A stretch of DNA of 64,000 nucleotides. It comes from Leptospiraceae bacterium (GTDB lineage: Bacteria > Spirochaetota > Leptospiria > Leptospirales > Leptonemataceae). The stretch covers positions 96,001 through 160,000 of the forward strand of contig JAVJNR010000002.1 in the NCBI GenBank assembly GCA_040217195.1, in the 5' to 3' direction. Made by a program: the position numbers and the translations under genes. Each line of letters begins with the position of its first letter. Within the stretch, counting starts at the first letter, position 1. The notes beneath the pieces are model-generated. The model had not been told where the DNA came from, made no database searches, and worked only from the letters and a program-made list of their open reading frames with translations. Shown one piece after another: positions 55,594 to 64,000 of the stretch.

Positions 55594-56646
55594 TCATTCC
55601 TTATTTTTGATGAGTCTAGGAGGCTGTGGTCCGTACAGACTTTGTAGATTCTGAAAAATAGCAACCGACGTTGCCAGACTGCTGTGCAGCCGTATTCGCT
55701 TCAGCGGTTTCTTTATATTCCCGCTTTCATGGTATAATCTCAGTTCACAAGTTGGTAGAACTTCTTCTCGCCAGAGTTGCCAGGCCCCCCGATCCGTAAT
55801 CCGTTGTTTTTGATGCAGGACCGATGCGAAGTCTTGCAGAGACTGTTTTCCCTTTAGTCGAAATCGAAACAGAAATCTACCGTGCTCCAGTTCCCCGGGG
55901 CTCATTCGAATGTATCTTATAGAGGAACTAACCAGTCCTCCCGTAAACGTTGCCAGTCCAAGCGCACCCACGATGATCCCTCGAAGTAACACATGAATAT
56001 CCATTTCCAGGCCATGCAGCACCAGAAATACAACCCCGGAAAAAAAGACTGCCAGAGGCAACGCAGTTTCCAGCGCAATGGGATCACTCCAGATAACAGT
56101 CCTCTCAGAAAAAACGATGCGCAGTCGGTTAAATGATCCGCGATGGAGATACGGCACGGGAGGTTCACTTTGAGCGGGAAGAATGCAATCCTCCTGAAGT
56201 TTTTCAATCCTAGCGAACTTGCGCGCGGCCTCTCGTCTTGAGCTGAATTTATGAACTTCGAGATATATGTTTCCGGGTAGTCGCAAAAAAAGAACAGCTC
56301 CGCTACGGGGAGAAATTCTAAGTTCTTTATTCTGAGTAAAATCTCCGGTAAGTAAAATCTGTCCGCCGGGATCTGAAAGGACGATGCGAAATCGATTCTG
56401 TCCATGGGTATCCAGCTTTTCCAGGATAGTTCGTACAGAAACCCGTCGCATGTAGATTAGAATCGTGGAGCCCAGTCCGGTTGCCAGAAAGCCCAGGGAA
56501 ATTAACAATGAGGCGGATAATGTCTTACTGCCGGTATATTGATAGAACAGCCCTATGCTCAGAAAACATAGACCGGCCAGAAACATTACCGGACCACCCA
56601 GAGTGCTGGAACGGGAAGGAAGTAGCTTGATGCGTCCCTGCATCAA
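55594..56646 (-). CDS. Hypothetical membrane protein
   Basis: Two pairs of TM helices, each followed by a soluble region; coupled to the M17 peptidase stop. Confidence 0.65.
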   Translation of the reverse strand: MMQGRIKLLPSRSSTLGGPVMFLAGLCFLSIGLFYQYTGSKTLSASLLISLGFLATGLGSTILIYMRRVSVRTILEKLDTHGQNRFRIVLSDPGGQILLTGDFTQNKELRISPRSGAVLFLRLPGNIYLEVHKFSSRREAARKFARIEKLQEDCILPAQSEPPVPYLHRGSFNRLRIVFSERTVIWSDPIALETALPLAVFFSGVVFLVLHGLEMDIHVLLRGIIVGALGLATFTGGLVSSSIRYIRMSPGELEHGRFLFRFRLKGKQSLQDFASVLHQKQRITDRGAWQLWREEVLPTCELRLYHESGNIKKPLKRIRLHSSLATSVAIFQNLQSLYGPQPPRLIKNKE

Positions 56647-58160
56647 GTGAGACTCTCATTTAGATCCGACAGAAATTGCAGTATGGATCGGCAAGCGATT
56701 CCGGTGGCCTTGTCATCCTTGCTCATATCACCGCCCGCAATATCCAGATGAAGAACCGGTAAATCTCGAGAAACTCCACTCATCACAAATGCGGCGGCCG
56801 TTTGAGCCCCCCTGTAGCTTTCGCTCCCAGTATTGTTAATATCGGCCCCATCCAGTTTACTGGCAATGTCTTCAAAATCTTCTTCCAGTATATCCAGAGT
56901 CTGGCAATAATCGGCGGCGCGATAGCCCGCTGCTGCCAGACGGTCTCGATATTCATGGTGCAAGGACATGAGAGCTGTATTGGGACCCACTGCCCGTGAG
57001 GCCGAACCGGTCAGAGTTGCAACAGTAATCATCAGATCCGGTTCAGTGCGCTCAGCCATGGCTACCGCATCAATAAGTGTGAGGCGACCCTCTGCATCGG
57101 TATGGCGAATTTCCACTTTTTTACCGCAAGTAGTGTTCACTATGGAATCCGGCAGCATGGCGGCTTCGTTTACCAGATTAGGAGTTGCGGCCAGAAAGGT
57201 ATGAATTTCAAGATTCTGTAGGTTCAGGCTTTTGATTGTATCAATGACTCCCAGCACTGTAGCTCCACCGGTCATGTCCGCCTTCATTGTATTCATGTAA
57301 TTACCCGGCTTAACCTGAATTCCTCCGGTATCGAAAATAACACTCTTGCCTACCAGAGCGATCCGCTTCTTTGCCCCCTGGTTCGGTAGCTTTAAATGAA
57401 TCCAGCGAGGTGGATCGAAGTCCACAGATCCTCTGGCAACGGTGAAAAAGCAGGGCATATTCTCCTCGATCCAGGACCTATCCTCAACTATGGAAATTTC
57501 CAGATCGCTCCTTTCTGCCAGAGAGCGAGCTTCGGCCGCCAGGGTTTCGGTACGCTTTGTGTTGGGAGGCATGTTCACCAGATCCTTGGCTCTGGCGGCA
57601 GCTGCATTCATGGCTGTGGCCAGCGTCACTGCCGATGGCTTCTTGTTTCCCGGTTCAATGCCTGCGATATACAGACTTTCAAATTCCGGCCTATCCTTTT
57701 CATATTCCCTGGACCGGTACAGATGATAACTGACCGCTGCGGATGCAGCGATGACTGCACTGGCCTCTTCGCCGATCCAGTTCGAAGCATCCAGGATCAA
57801 TCTGCCAGCATTTCCGGACAGATTGGATAGTCCGGATCGCAGAGCCTCCATAAACCTGGATGGATTGATTGCCTTTCGATTTCCCAGTCCCACAAGAATG
57901 ACTCTTGCGAAGTTGATGGGCCAGTGTGTAAAGACCGCAGACTTTTTGTATGCGGGTTTGAATCCCAGACTCTGCAATTCCTCCTGGAACAGAGCTCTGC
58001 TCTCTCCAATTAGCTGAAGGAATCGATCCGGTAATTCAATTTCCGATTGGAACTGCGAATCCCCATTGTCCGTTGCATAGATTGGAATGATGAGTGTGTC
58101 TCCCTTCCCTATTTCCGGAAGGGATAAATTGACTTCTATTGAAAAAGGCTGATATGGCAT
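56643..58160 (-). CDS. Leucyl aminopeptidase family (M17) protein
   Basis: 'VGKSVIFDTGG', 'MKADMTGGA', 'HTDAEGRL', 'ATLTG', 'HLDIAG'. Confidence 0.9.
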   Translation of the reverse strand: MPYQPFSIEVNLSLPEIGKGDTLIIPIYATDNGDSQFQSEIELPDRFLQLIGESRALFQEELQSLGFKPAYKKSAVFTHWPINFARVILVGLGNRKAINPSRFMEALRSGLSNLSGNAGRLILDASNWIGEEASAVIAASAAVSYHLYRSREYEKDRPEFESLYIAGIEPGNKKPSAVTLATAMNAAAARAKDLVNMPPNTKRTETLAAEARSLAERSDLEISIVEDRSWIEENMPCFFTVARGSVDFDPPRWIHLKLPNQGAKKRIALVGKSVIFDTGGIQVKPGNYMNTMKADMTGGATVLGVIDTIKSLNLQNLEIHTFLAATPNLVNEAAMLPDSIVNTTCGKKVEIRHTDAEGRLTLIDAVAMAERTEPDLMITVATLTGSASRAVGPNTALMSLHHEYRDRLAAAGYRAADYCQTLDILEEDFEDIASKLDGADINNTGSESYRGAQTAAAFVMSGVSRDLPVLHLDIAGGDMSKDDKATGIACRSILQFLSDLNESLT

Positions 58161-58190
58161 GGTAGGCTCCAAGGTCTGGCCCTGGCAGGA

Positions 58191-58580
58191 TCAATTTCCG
58201 GCCAATCGTGAGCCCAGGTACATTCCCAGAAAAGCGAGCGCTGCGCCGCATATAAGGCTTATGAACCAGTAGACCAGAGCCAGTTTCCAGCGACCGGCCT
58301 CCACAAGCAAGATTCCTTCCACTGCAAACGTAGAAAAGGTAGTCAATGCTCCCAGAAAGCCCGTGGCCCAGAAAAGCCTGTAATCACCCTGCAACCAGTT
58401 GGCTTTGCCCAGAGCATAAACCAATCCCAGCAAGAATGATCCCAGTAAATTGACCAGAAGGGTGGGCGCGGGAAAACCGGCGTATGCAAATGGTTGCATC
58501 CATCGCGCCACGGAAAACCTTAGAATGGCCCCCAGGGCACCACCAAGTGCAACAGCAAGATAGGACCAGGCATTTATCAT
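58191..58580 (-). CDS. crcB: Fluoride efflux channel Fluc/CrcB
   Basis: 'GGALGAILRF', 'TLLVNLLGSF', 'TGFLGALTTFSTF'. Confidence 0.93.
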   Translation of the reverse strand: MINAWSYLAVALGGALGAILRFSVARWMQPFAYAGFPAPTLLVNLLGSFLLGLVYALGKANWLQGDYRLFWATGFLGALTTFSTFAVEGILLVEAGRWKLALVYWFISLICGAALAFLGMYLGSRLAGN

Positions 58581-58584
58581 TGTC

Positions 58585-60825
58585 TTATGCGGGAAAAACC
58601 ACAACCCCATCTTCGAATTGTCTGCGTATTTGTCGAATGCCCTCTTCGGGCAACTCAGGATGAGCCACAGCCAGGGCATAGGTCTTCTGAACCAATTCCT
58701 GATCCTGCACCAGATCGCTGAGTCTGAAATCAGGCAATCCGTGCTGCTTCAGTCCCAGCAGTTCTCCGGGGCCTCGGAGGCGAAGGTCCACTTCAGAAAG
58801 ATAGAAACCATCATGGGAGTCCACCAGGGCCTGCAGTCGAGTGCCGGTCTCTTCGCTCTGGCTTTCAGACATTAACACGCAGAAACCTTTTTTGTTTCCT
58901 CGACCAATGCGACCTCTAAGCTGATGTAGCTGAGAGATTCCAAATCGCTCCGCATGTTCGATGATCATCATTGTTGCATTTGGCACATCCACGCCTACTT
59001 CAATTACAGTGGTTGTTACCAGAAGCTGGATTCTGCCAGCCCGAAACTCCTTCATAACAGATTGCTTTTCATCGGATTTGAGCCGGCCGTGGAGTAGTTC
59101 GATGCGAAATTCTGGAAACGTGGCTTTCATTTCTTCGAATGCATCGGTCGCGGCCCTGATATCCACCTTTTCCGATTCATCGATCATTGGATAAACAATG
59201 AACCCTTGCTCGCCGGCTTTCAGATGATTTCGAATGCTTTTGTTCAGACCCTGGCGTCGATCCTCAGTGAGCCACATAGTTTCAACGGGCTGCCTTTCGG
59301 CTGGCTTTTCTTTGAGCAGTACCAATTCCAGATCTGCAAATGCTGTGAGGCAGAGGGACCTGGGGATTGGCGTTGCTGTCATGGCTATCAGGTCCGGGTT
59401 CTTTCCTTTCCTGCGAAGCTTCTCCCTTTGCTCCACACCAAATCGATGTTGTTCATCAATAACTACAAGTCCCAGATTGCCAAAATTCACACGATCTTCG
59501 ATAAGGCTGTGGGTGCCGATTAGCAGATCCACTTCTCCATTTTCGGTCTGGGAAAGAATGCGATCTCTGGCCTTTTTCGGATCCGCTCCGGTGAGCAATT
59601 CCAGTCTTACATCTGTAATCATACTGGCGGCGTTAATATATGAGCTCAGTGTTGCAAAATGCTGCCGGGCCAGAATTTCCGTAGGGGCCATGATAGCCAC
59701 CTGGATACCATTCTCGATGTAATGCAGAGCGGCCGCAAATGCGATCAAAGTCTTTCCAGAACCCACATCTCCCTGTAGAAGATAGGCCCTGGAAGCATCG
59801 CCCTGGCAATCACGGATCATTCGATCCAGTGCACTGATCTGACCTGCAGTGGGCTTGAACGGAAGATGTGAAAAAAGTCGATCCACCAAACCGCTTTTTC
59901 CAAACGGTAAAGGCCACAGTTCTCTTGGATAGGATTGCCTCTTCTCCCGTTTTCGTGCCATAAGCACGCCGAATAGATAAAGCTCCTCGAACTTGATATA
60001 CTCTCTGGCCTGATTCAGCTCCTGATCGGACGTTGGAAAATGGATCTGTTCCAGGGCCCGTAGTCGATCCACCAGGTTTTCCCCGCTACGAATGGATTCT
60101 GGTAGAGTTTGAAGTTCAGACGCCCTCTGCTTGAGAAGATCTAGCGCCTCTCTTACCATCCGCCTCAATCCCCGGGAATCCAGTCCGGCCTTTTTAAGAT
60201 TGTCTGATCCAGGATAGATAGGCACGATTCTGCCCACATGTATTAATGAATCATCCTCTTCCAGAGCCTCAAAATCCGGATGCACCATCTGCAGCCCCCC
60301 GAATGCCTCGAGCTTTCCAGAAACTACGTACAGATTATCCTTTTTGAATGCATGTCGAAAGTAAGGAATTCCGCGAAAGAAAACCAGATTAACAGGCTGA
60401 CCATTCTCAGTTCTGGTTTGAACCATCAGCCGAGACTTGCGACCATGAGTAACAAAGAAATTCTGAATCCGAACTACAATGGTAGCTTCCCCTTCGGAAA
60501 GCAGCGCATCTTTCAGAATACTGCGGTCTACATAGCGTCGCGGCAAATAATAGAGTAAATCTCTGTAGCAGAACAATCCAGCTCGATCCAGTGCCGATTG
60601 CCGGGCCGGGCCGACTCCTTTTAGCGTGTCCAGGGCTGTATCCAGCAGCGATGGAGCTTCCAGTGTAGCTTCATGACCGGGCTGCGAATCTTTGGCGGAG
60701 CGCCTGGAGGGCTTATTCGACTTCAGGTCAGAGTCATTCTGTGCCTTTTCGGAAACGGAATCCTCGACGGCTCTGGACCGTGTAGCCTTCTTCTTGCTAG
60801 CTTTCTTTTTGGAGGCTGGTTTCAC
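58585..60825 (-). CDS. recG: ATP-dependent DNA helicase RecG
   Basis: 'QGDVGSGKT', 'MAPTEILARQH', 'DEQHRFGV', 'TATPIPR', 'QLHQLRGRIGR', 'DLRLRGPG'. Confidence 0.96.
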   Translation of the reverse strand: MKPASKKKASKKKATRSRAVEDSVSEKAQNDSDLKSNKPSRRSAKDSQPGHEATLEAPSLLDTALDTLKGVGPARQSALDRAGLFCYRDLLYYLPRRYVDRSILKDALLSEGEATIVVRIQNFFVTHGRKSRLMVQTRTENGQPVNLVFFRGIPYFRHAFKKDNLYVVSGKLEAFGGLQMVHPDFEALEEDDSLIHVGRIVPIYPGSDNLKKAGLDSRGLRRMVREALDLLKQRASELQTLPESIRSGENLVDRLRALEQIHFPTSDQELNQAREYIKFEELYLFGVLMARKREKRQSYPRELWPLPFGKSGLVDRLFSHLPFKPTAGQISALDRMIRDCQGDASRAYLLQGDVGSGKTLIAFAAALHYIENGIQVAIMAPTEILARQHFATLSSYINAASMITDVRLELLTGADPKKARDRILSQTENGEVDLLIGTHSLIEDRVNFGNLGLVVIDEQHRFGVEQREKLRRKGKNPDLIAMTATPIPRSLCLTAFADLELVLLKEKPAERQPVETMWLTEDRRQGLNKSIRNHLKAGEQGFIVYPMIDESEKVDIRAATDAFEEMKATFPEFRIELLHGRLKSDEKQSVMKEFRAGRIQLLVTTTVIEVGVDVPNATMMIIEHAERFGISQLHQLRGRIGRGNKKGFCVLMSESQSEETGTRLQALVDSHDGFYLSEVDLRLRGPGELLGLKQHGLPDFRLSDLVQDQELVQKTYALAVAHPELPEEGIRQIRRQFEDGVVVFPA

Positions 60826-61453
60826 TGCTGGGACAAATATCCTTTAGTACACATTCGCTGCAAAATCTCTTTCTTGCCGTGCAACTTGATCGTCCCAGAA
60901 AAATCATATACAGGGACCAATCGATCCAGTACTTTTGAGGTAGCGTCTCCATGAGATCTCTTTCAATGATCACCGGATTCTTGCTCTTTGTCAGTCCTAA
61001 AAGTTTACTGATCCGGGCTACATGGGTATCTACCACCACACCTGAAGGAATGTTGTAGAGTTCCTGAAGCACTACATTGGCCGTCTTTCGGCCCACACCC
61101 GGAAGAGCTGTAAGCTCAGCCAGAGTTTGCGGTATCTTACCGCCATGATTTTCCAGAACCTGCCGAGCAAAGCCCTGAATATTCCTGGCTTTGTTTCTGT
61201 AAAATCCTGTGGAATGAATTAGTTTTTCAATCCTGGATAATGGAGCGGCTACGTAATCTTCCAGATCTGGAAAGGCTGAAAAAAGTGCGGGCGTGGTTTT
61301 GTTCACCATTTCATCCGTGCATTGAGCACTCAAAATGACGGCGATACAGAGTTCGTGTGGCCTGGAATAATGAAGGGGGCATGAAACCGGCCCGAATTTC
61401 TTTTGGAGCCGGCTATATGTTTTCTGAATGAAGCTCTTAGGAACCGAACTCAG
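60797..61453 (-). CDS. nth: Endonuclease III (probable CTG start)
   Basis: 'PHELCIAVILSAQCTD', 'LPGVGRKTANVV', 'VVDTHV', Cys cluster 'CTARKRFCSECVLKDIC'. The frame is open for 40 codons upstream of the ORF-track start. Confidence 0.9.
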   Translation of the reverse strand: MSSVPKSFIQKTYSRLQKKFGPVSCPLHYSRPHELCIAVILSAQCTDEMVNKTTPALFSAFPDLEDYVAAPLSRIEKLIHSTGFYRNKARNIQGFARQVLENHGGKIPQTLAELTALPGVGRKTANVVLQELYNIPSGVVVDTHVARISKLLGLTKSKNPVIIERDLMETLPQKYWIDWSLYMIFLGRSSCTARKRFCSECVLKDICPSSETSLQKES

Positions 61454-61692
61454 CGAGCCAGAACCTTAAGATCCTGACCGTATTTCTTCATCAGAGATTT
61501 AACTCCGATGCGATTCAGGGTCTTGAGCATGCGTGCGGAGATCCGAAGAGTTACATAACGATTCTCATCGGCAATGTACACTTTCTTGGTCACAAGGTTG
61601 ACCTTGAATTTTCTTCTGGATTTTCTATGTGAGTGGGAAACGGTATTTCCTGACCCAGTTTGCTTTCCGGAAACCTGACATCTACGAGCCAT
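61450..61692 (-). CDS. rpmB: 50S ribosomal protein L28
   Basis: 'MARRCQVSGK..GSGNTVSHSHRKSRRKFKVNL'. Confidence 0.95.
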   Translation of the reverse strand: MARRCQVSGKQTGSGNTVSHSHRKSRRKFKVNLVTKKVYIADENRYVTLRISARMLKTLNRIGVKSLMKKYGQDLKVLAR

Positions 61693-61823
61693 AGTCGAGA
61701 ATTTTTCGATTGCCCCGAGGGTCAAGCGAAAGCAACACAGCAGAAGCGTTTGCTGCTTTTTTTCCTCATAAATACATGTGAAATCAGCAATCTGATCTCT
61801 GGAATACCAGAAGGGGAGGAATT

Positions 61824-62054
61824 ATGTCGTATCAAAAGGATCTGGAAAGAGGCTCAGGTGAGGTGCTCAGGCTGGAGCTTTCAGAATTCAAAGGACGGAA
61901 ATTGTTCAATATTCGGATATGGTACCAGGACAAAGAAAGCGGGGAGTATCGCCCCACTGCAAAAGGTGTCACAATTCGACCGGACCAGTTTCAGGAATTT
62001 AAACAGGCAATACTGGAAGCAGAGCCGGAAGTGAATCAGGCTTTGCAGGAATAG
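61824..62054 (+). CDS. PC4/YdbC-family ssDNA-binding protein
   Basis: 'LSEFKG...NIRIWY...PTAKGVTI'; strong RBS GGGGAGG. Confidence 0.85.
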   Translation: MSYQKDLERGSGEVLRLELSEFKGRKLFNIRIWYQDKESGEYRPTAKGVTIRPDQFQEFKQAILEAEPEVNQALQE

Positions 62055-62079
62055 TCCTTGAGAATTTGGAATCCATGGA

Positions 62080-63273
62080 ATGAATAAAATCAAAAAAGCA
62101 CTTCTAATCATTTTGGGTATATCCTGGGCATTGCTCTTTGTCTGGGCCTTTCAGGATGCAAGAGTCTTTGCAAGGGTGAAAATTGCCCAGTATCTGGGTT
62201 GGCATTCAGGTACGGTGCCGGAACAAACCAGCGAAGCGATCGCTCTCCATGAGTTTTTGCCGCGATCGCAGCTGGTGCCCGAGTCTCCCAATAAGCCGGA
62301 GAAACCTGCCTATCCATTGTTTGAATTTCATGGTCATATTTTTCCAGGATACGAAGGCAACCTCATCGAAGAAATGTCGGATCTTGACACCGCCATGTTT
62401 GTGGATCTAGCTTTGCGAACAACAACGGTAGAGAAATTCGATGAGTTGCGAACGAAATACCCGGATGAACGAATACTCATTTTTCCTGGATTGAACTATG
62501 ATCGCCTGGAGGAAGAAGGAGATCCGTTCCAGAAGATGGCCCGGGATCTGGAGGCTCTTGCCAGGGACCGAGGCGTAAAAGGAATCAAGCTCTGGAAGGA
62601 CCTGGGCCTGTTTAGAAAATACAAAGATGAAATCATTCCCATCGATGATCCTCGGCTGGATCCGGTCTGGGATGTTTGCGCCCGGTATAACCTGGTGGTA
62701 GGAATTCACACTGCGGATCCCCCGGCATTTTTTGATCCAACGGATGAGCACAATGAACGGTTCCAGGAATTGGCCAGACGACCGGAATGGTCTTTCTTCG
62801 GAGAGGGGTTTCCATCCTTTGATGAATTACTGGCACAAAGAGATCGATTGTTTCAGCGCCGGCGAGACGTACGATTTGTGGCTCTCCATTTTGGTGAACT
62901 GGCCCATGACCTGGGAAAAGCCCGAAAGCTACTCCAGAAAAATCCCAATGTCTGGCTGGATACAGCGCAGCGAATCGATGAGCTTGGCCGGCATCCTCGG
63001 GCGGTGGCCCGGTTCTTCGTTGATTTTCAGGACCGAATCCTGTATGGAACCGACGGTTTACCGGACAGATCCAAAATTGAAATCTACTGGCGATTCTTCG
63101 AGACAGACGATGACTATTTTGACTATTATCCGGACCATAAACCACGCAAGGGACTGTGGAAAATCCATGGATTGAACTTGCCAGATCCTGTACTGAAGAA
63201 ACTATATTATGGAAACGCTCTGAAACTTTTGAACATTTCTGAGAAAGAATTCTTCCGATATGTAGAGCAATAG
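62080..63273 (+). CDS. Amidohydrolase-family (Amidohydro_2) protein
   Basis: 'EFHGH', 'GIKLWK', 'IHTADP', 'ALH', 'RILYGTD', 'YYGNA'. Confidence 0.85.
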   Translation: MNKIKKALLIILGISWALLFVWAFQDARVFARVKIAQYLGWHSGTVPEQTSEAIALHEFLPRSQLVPESPNKPEKPAYPLFEFHGHIFPGYEGNLIEEMSDLDTAMFVDLALRTTTVEKFDELRTKYPDERILIFPGLNYDRLEEEGDPFQKMARDLEALARDRGVKGIKLWKDLGLFRKYKDEIIPIDDPRLDPVWDVCARYNLVVGIHTADPPAFFDPTDEHNERFQELARRPEWSFFGEGFPSFDELLAQRDRLFQRRRDVRFVALHFGELAHDLGKARKLLQKNPNVWLDTAQRIDELGRHPRAVARFFVDFQDRILYGTDGLPDRSKIEIYWRFFETDDDYFDYYPDHKPRKGLWKIHGLNLPDPVLKKLYYGNALKLLNISEKEFFRYVEQ

Positions 63274-63410
63274 GGCCTGGTGACGGAAGGACGATCAAGA
63301 TTGGTCGGGAAAAGAGGGAAAAAGAAAAAGGGGCCCCTCATTCCCATAAGCCCCGGCCCCTCGGCGCCCAGTGAATAGCCCACCGGGAGATTGTACAAGC
63401 GATTTTTTTC

Positions 63411-64000
63411 ATGGCCACCACCAAACGTTTCAAATACAAATGCCGCTCCTGCGGACAGTACTATCTGGTGGTGCTGGACCCAACAAAGCGCACCATACAT
63501 CGCAGTAAATGTCCTTATTGTGCTCATAGCAGCCGCTTCGATAACCGGGATGGCCGATTGGATGGCAGCGGTGCGGCCAATGCCCTGGGTTCCAGGAGTC
63601 TTGCCGGTTCCGGCTCCCCTGGTGGATCGTCCCTTTCTGGTCCTGGACGAAAATCTGTTTCCGGCCCGGCCGGCGCGGGTAATGGCCTGGCGGTTCAGTC
63701 CCGGGACTTCTCCGGCCGAAAACCTGGCTCTCGTAGCACCGGCAATTCTGGTTCCTCAGGATCATCCGGGCTGAACTTGATTGGAACGATAGGCGATTTT
63801 TTCTCAGGTCTTGGGGAATGGATTTCTGGCCTGGCAAATGGCCGTTCTCCTGTGGCTCTGGGTATTGCCGGAATAGGGATTCTGGGTTTGCTCATCGGTT
63901 TCTATTTTCTTATCGTTGCATTTTCCGTTGATGGGGATGAATTCATTCACCGGGCCCAGGGGATTACTGCCAATCGAATCGTGGATCGCAACGGTGCTCT
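63411..64000 (+). CDS. 3'-truncated gene: zinc ribbon + Gly/Ser linker + TM, probably a class A penicillin-binding protein
   Basis: My translation: MATTKRFKYKCRSCG...KCPYCAH...TM...ANRIVDRNGAL, open to the window end. 'xIxDRNG' is typical just before PBP transglycosylase domains. Confidence 0.7.
   Translation, partial: MATTKRFKYKCRSCGQYYLVVLDPTKRTIHRSKCPYCAHSSRFDNRDGRLDGSGAANALGSRSLAGSGSPGGSSLSGPGRKSVSGPAGAGNGLAVQSRDFSGRKPGSRSTGNSGSSGSSGLNLIGTIGDFFSGLGEWISGLANGRSPVALGIAGIGILGLLIGFYFLIVAFSVDGDEFIHRAQGITANRIVDRNGA

Noticed and set aside
58581..58679. Fluoride riboswitch or longer N-terminus upstream of crcB
   Set aside because: This region is the recG 3' end, only 4 nt from the crcB start, and no riboswitch consensus is visible.
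63391..63895. ORF-track frames 63391-63774, 63430-63837 and 63695-63895
   Set aside because: They are alternative-frame shadows of the real gene starting at 63411, which runs off the window.

Overview
A gene-dense bacterial chromosomal segment of roughly 50% GC (by eye), most likely from a Leptospiraceae spirochaete. This is inferred from a LipL45-like FecR lipoprotein, spirochaete-type HATPase/HDOD proteins and the gene neighbourhood. It is probably origin-proximal: it carries rsmG-parA-parB with a perfect parS inside rsmG, plus mnmG, but no dnaA. Most genes are housekeeping: amgK-murU-like pair, aminotransferase, trmL, pntAa/Ab/B, ccmBC, ilvC, argG, sixA, mrfB-mrfA-like pair, lipB, pcm, M17 peptidase, fluC, recG, nth, rpmB. 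I saw no tRNA, rRNA, CRISPR array, transposase or prophage. The main unexplained element is a ~900-nt stretch with no credible ORF (about 14290-15200), just after the pntB terminator. It folds by eye into a dense series of hairpins, long-range helices closing multibranch domains, GNRA loops and repeated UGAAA motifs, so it is a candidate large structured ncRNA. Other oddities: a structured pnt leader; two apparent pseudo-enzymes (papain fold without its Cys, Fe-ADH fold without metal ligands); an RsmG-SpoU fusion overlapping a divergent gene head-to-head; an ATP-grasp/Fe-S/FMN-oxidase fusion; a probable CTG start for nth; a zinc-ribbon PBP missed by the ORF track; and a 39-bp intergenic tandem repeat. 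All calls come from reading motifs by eye; no searches or folding programs were run.
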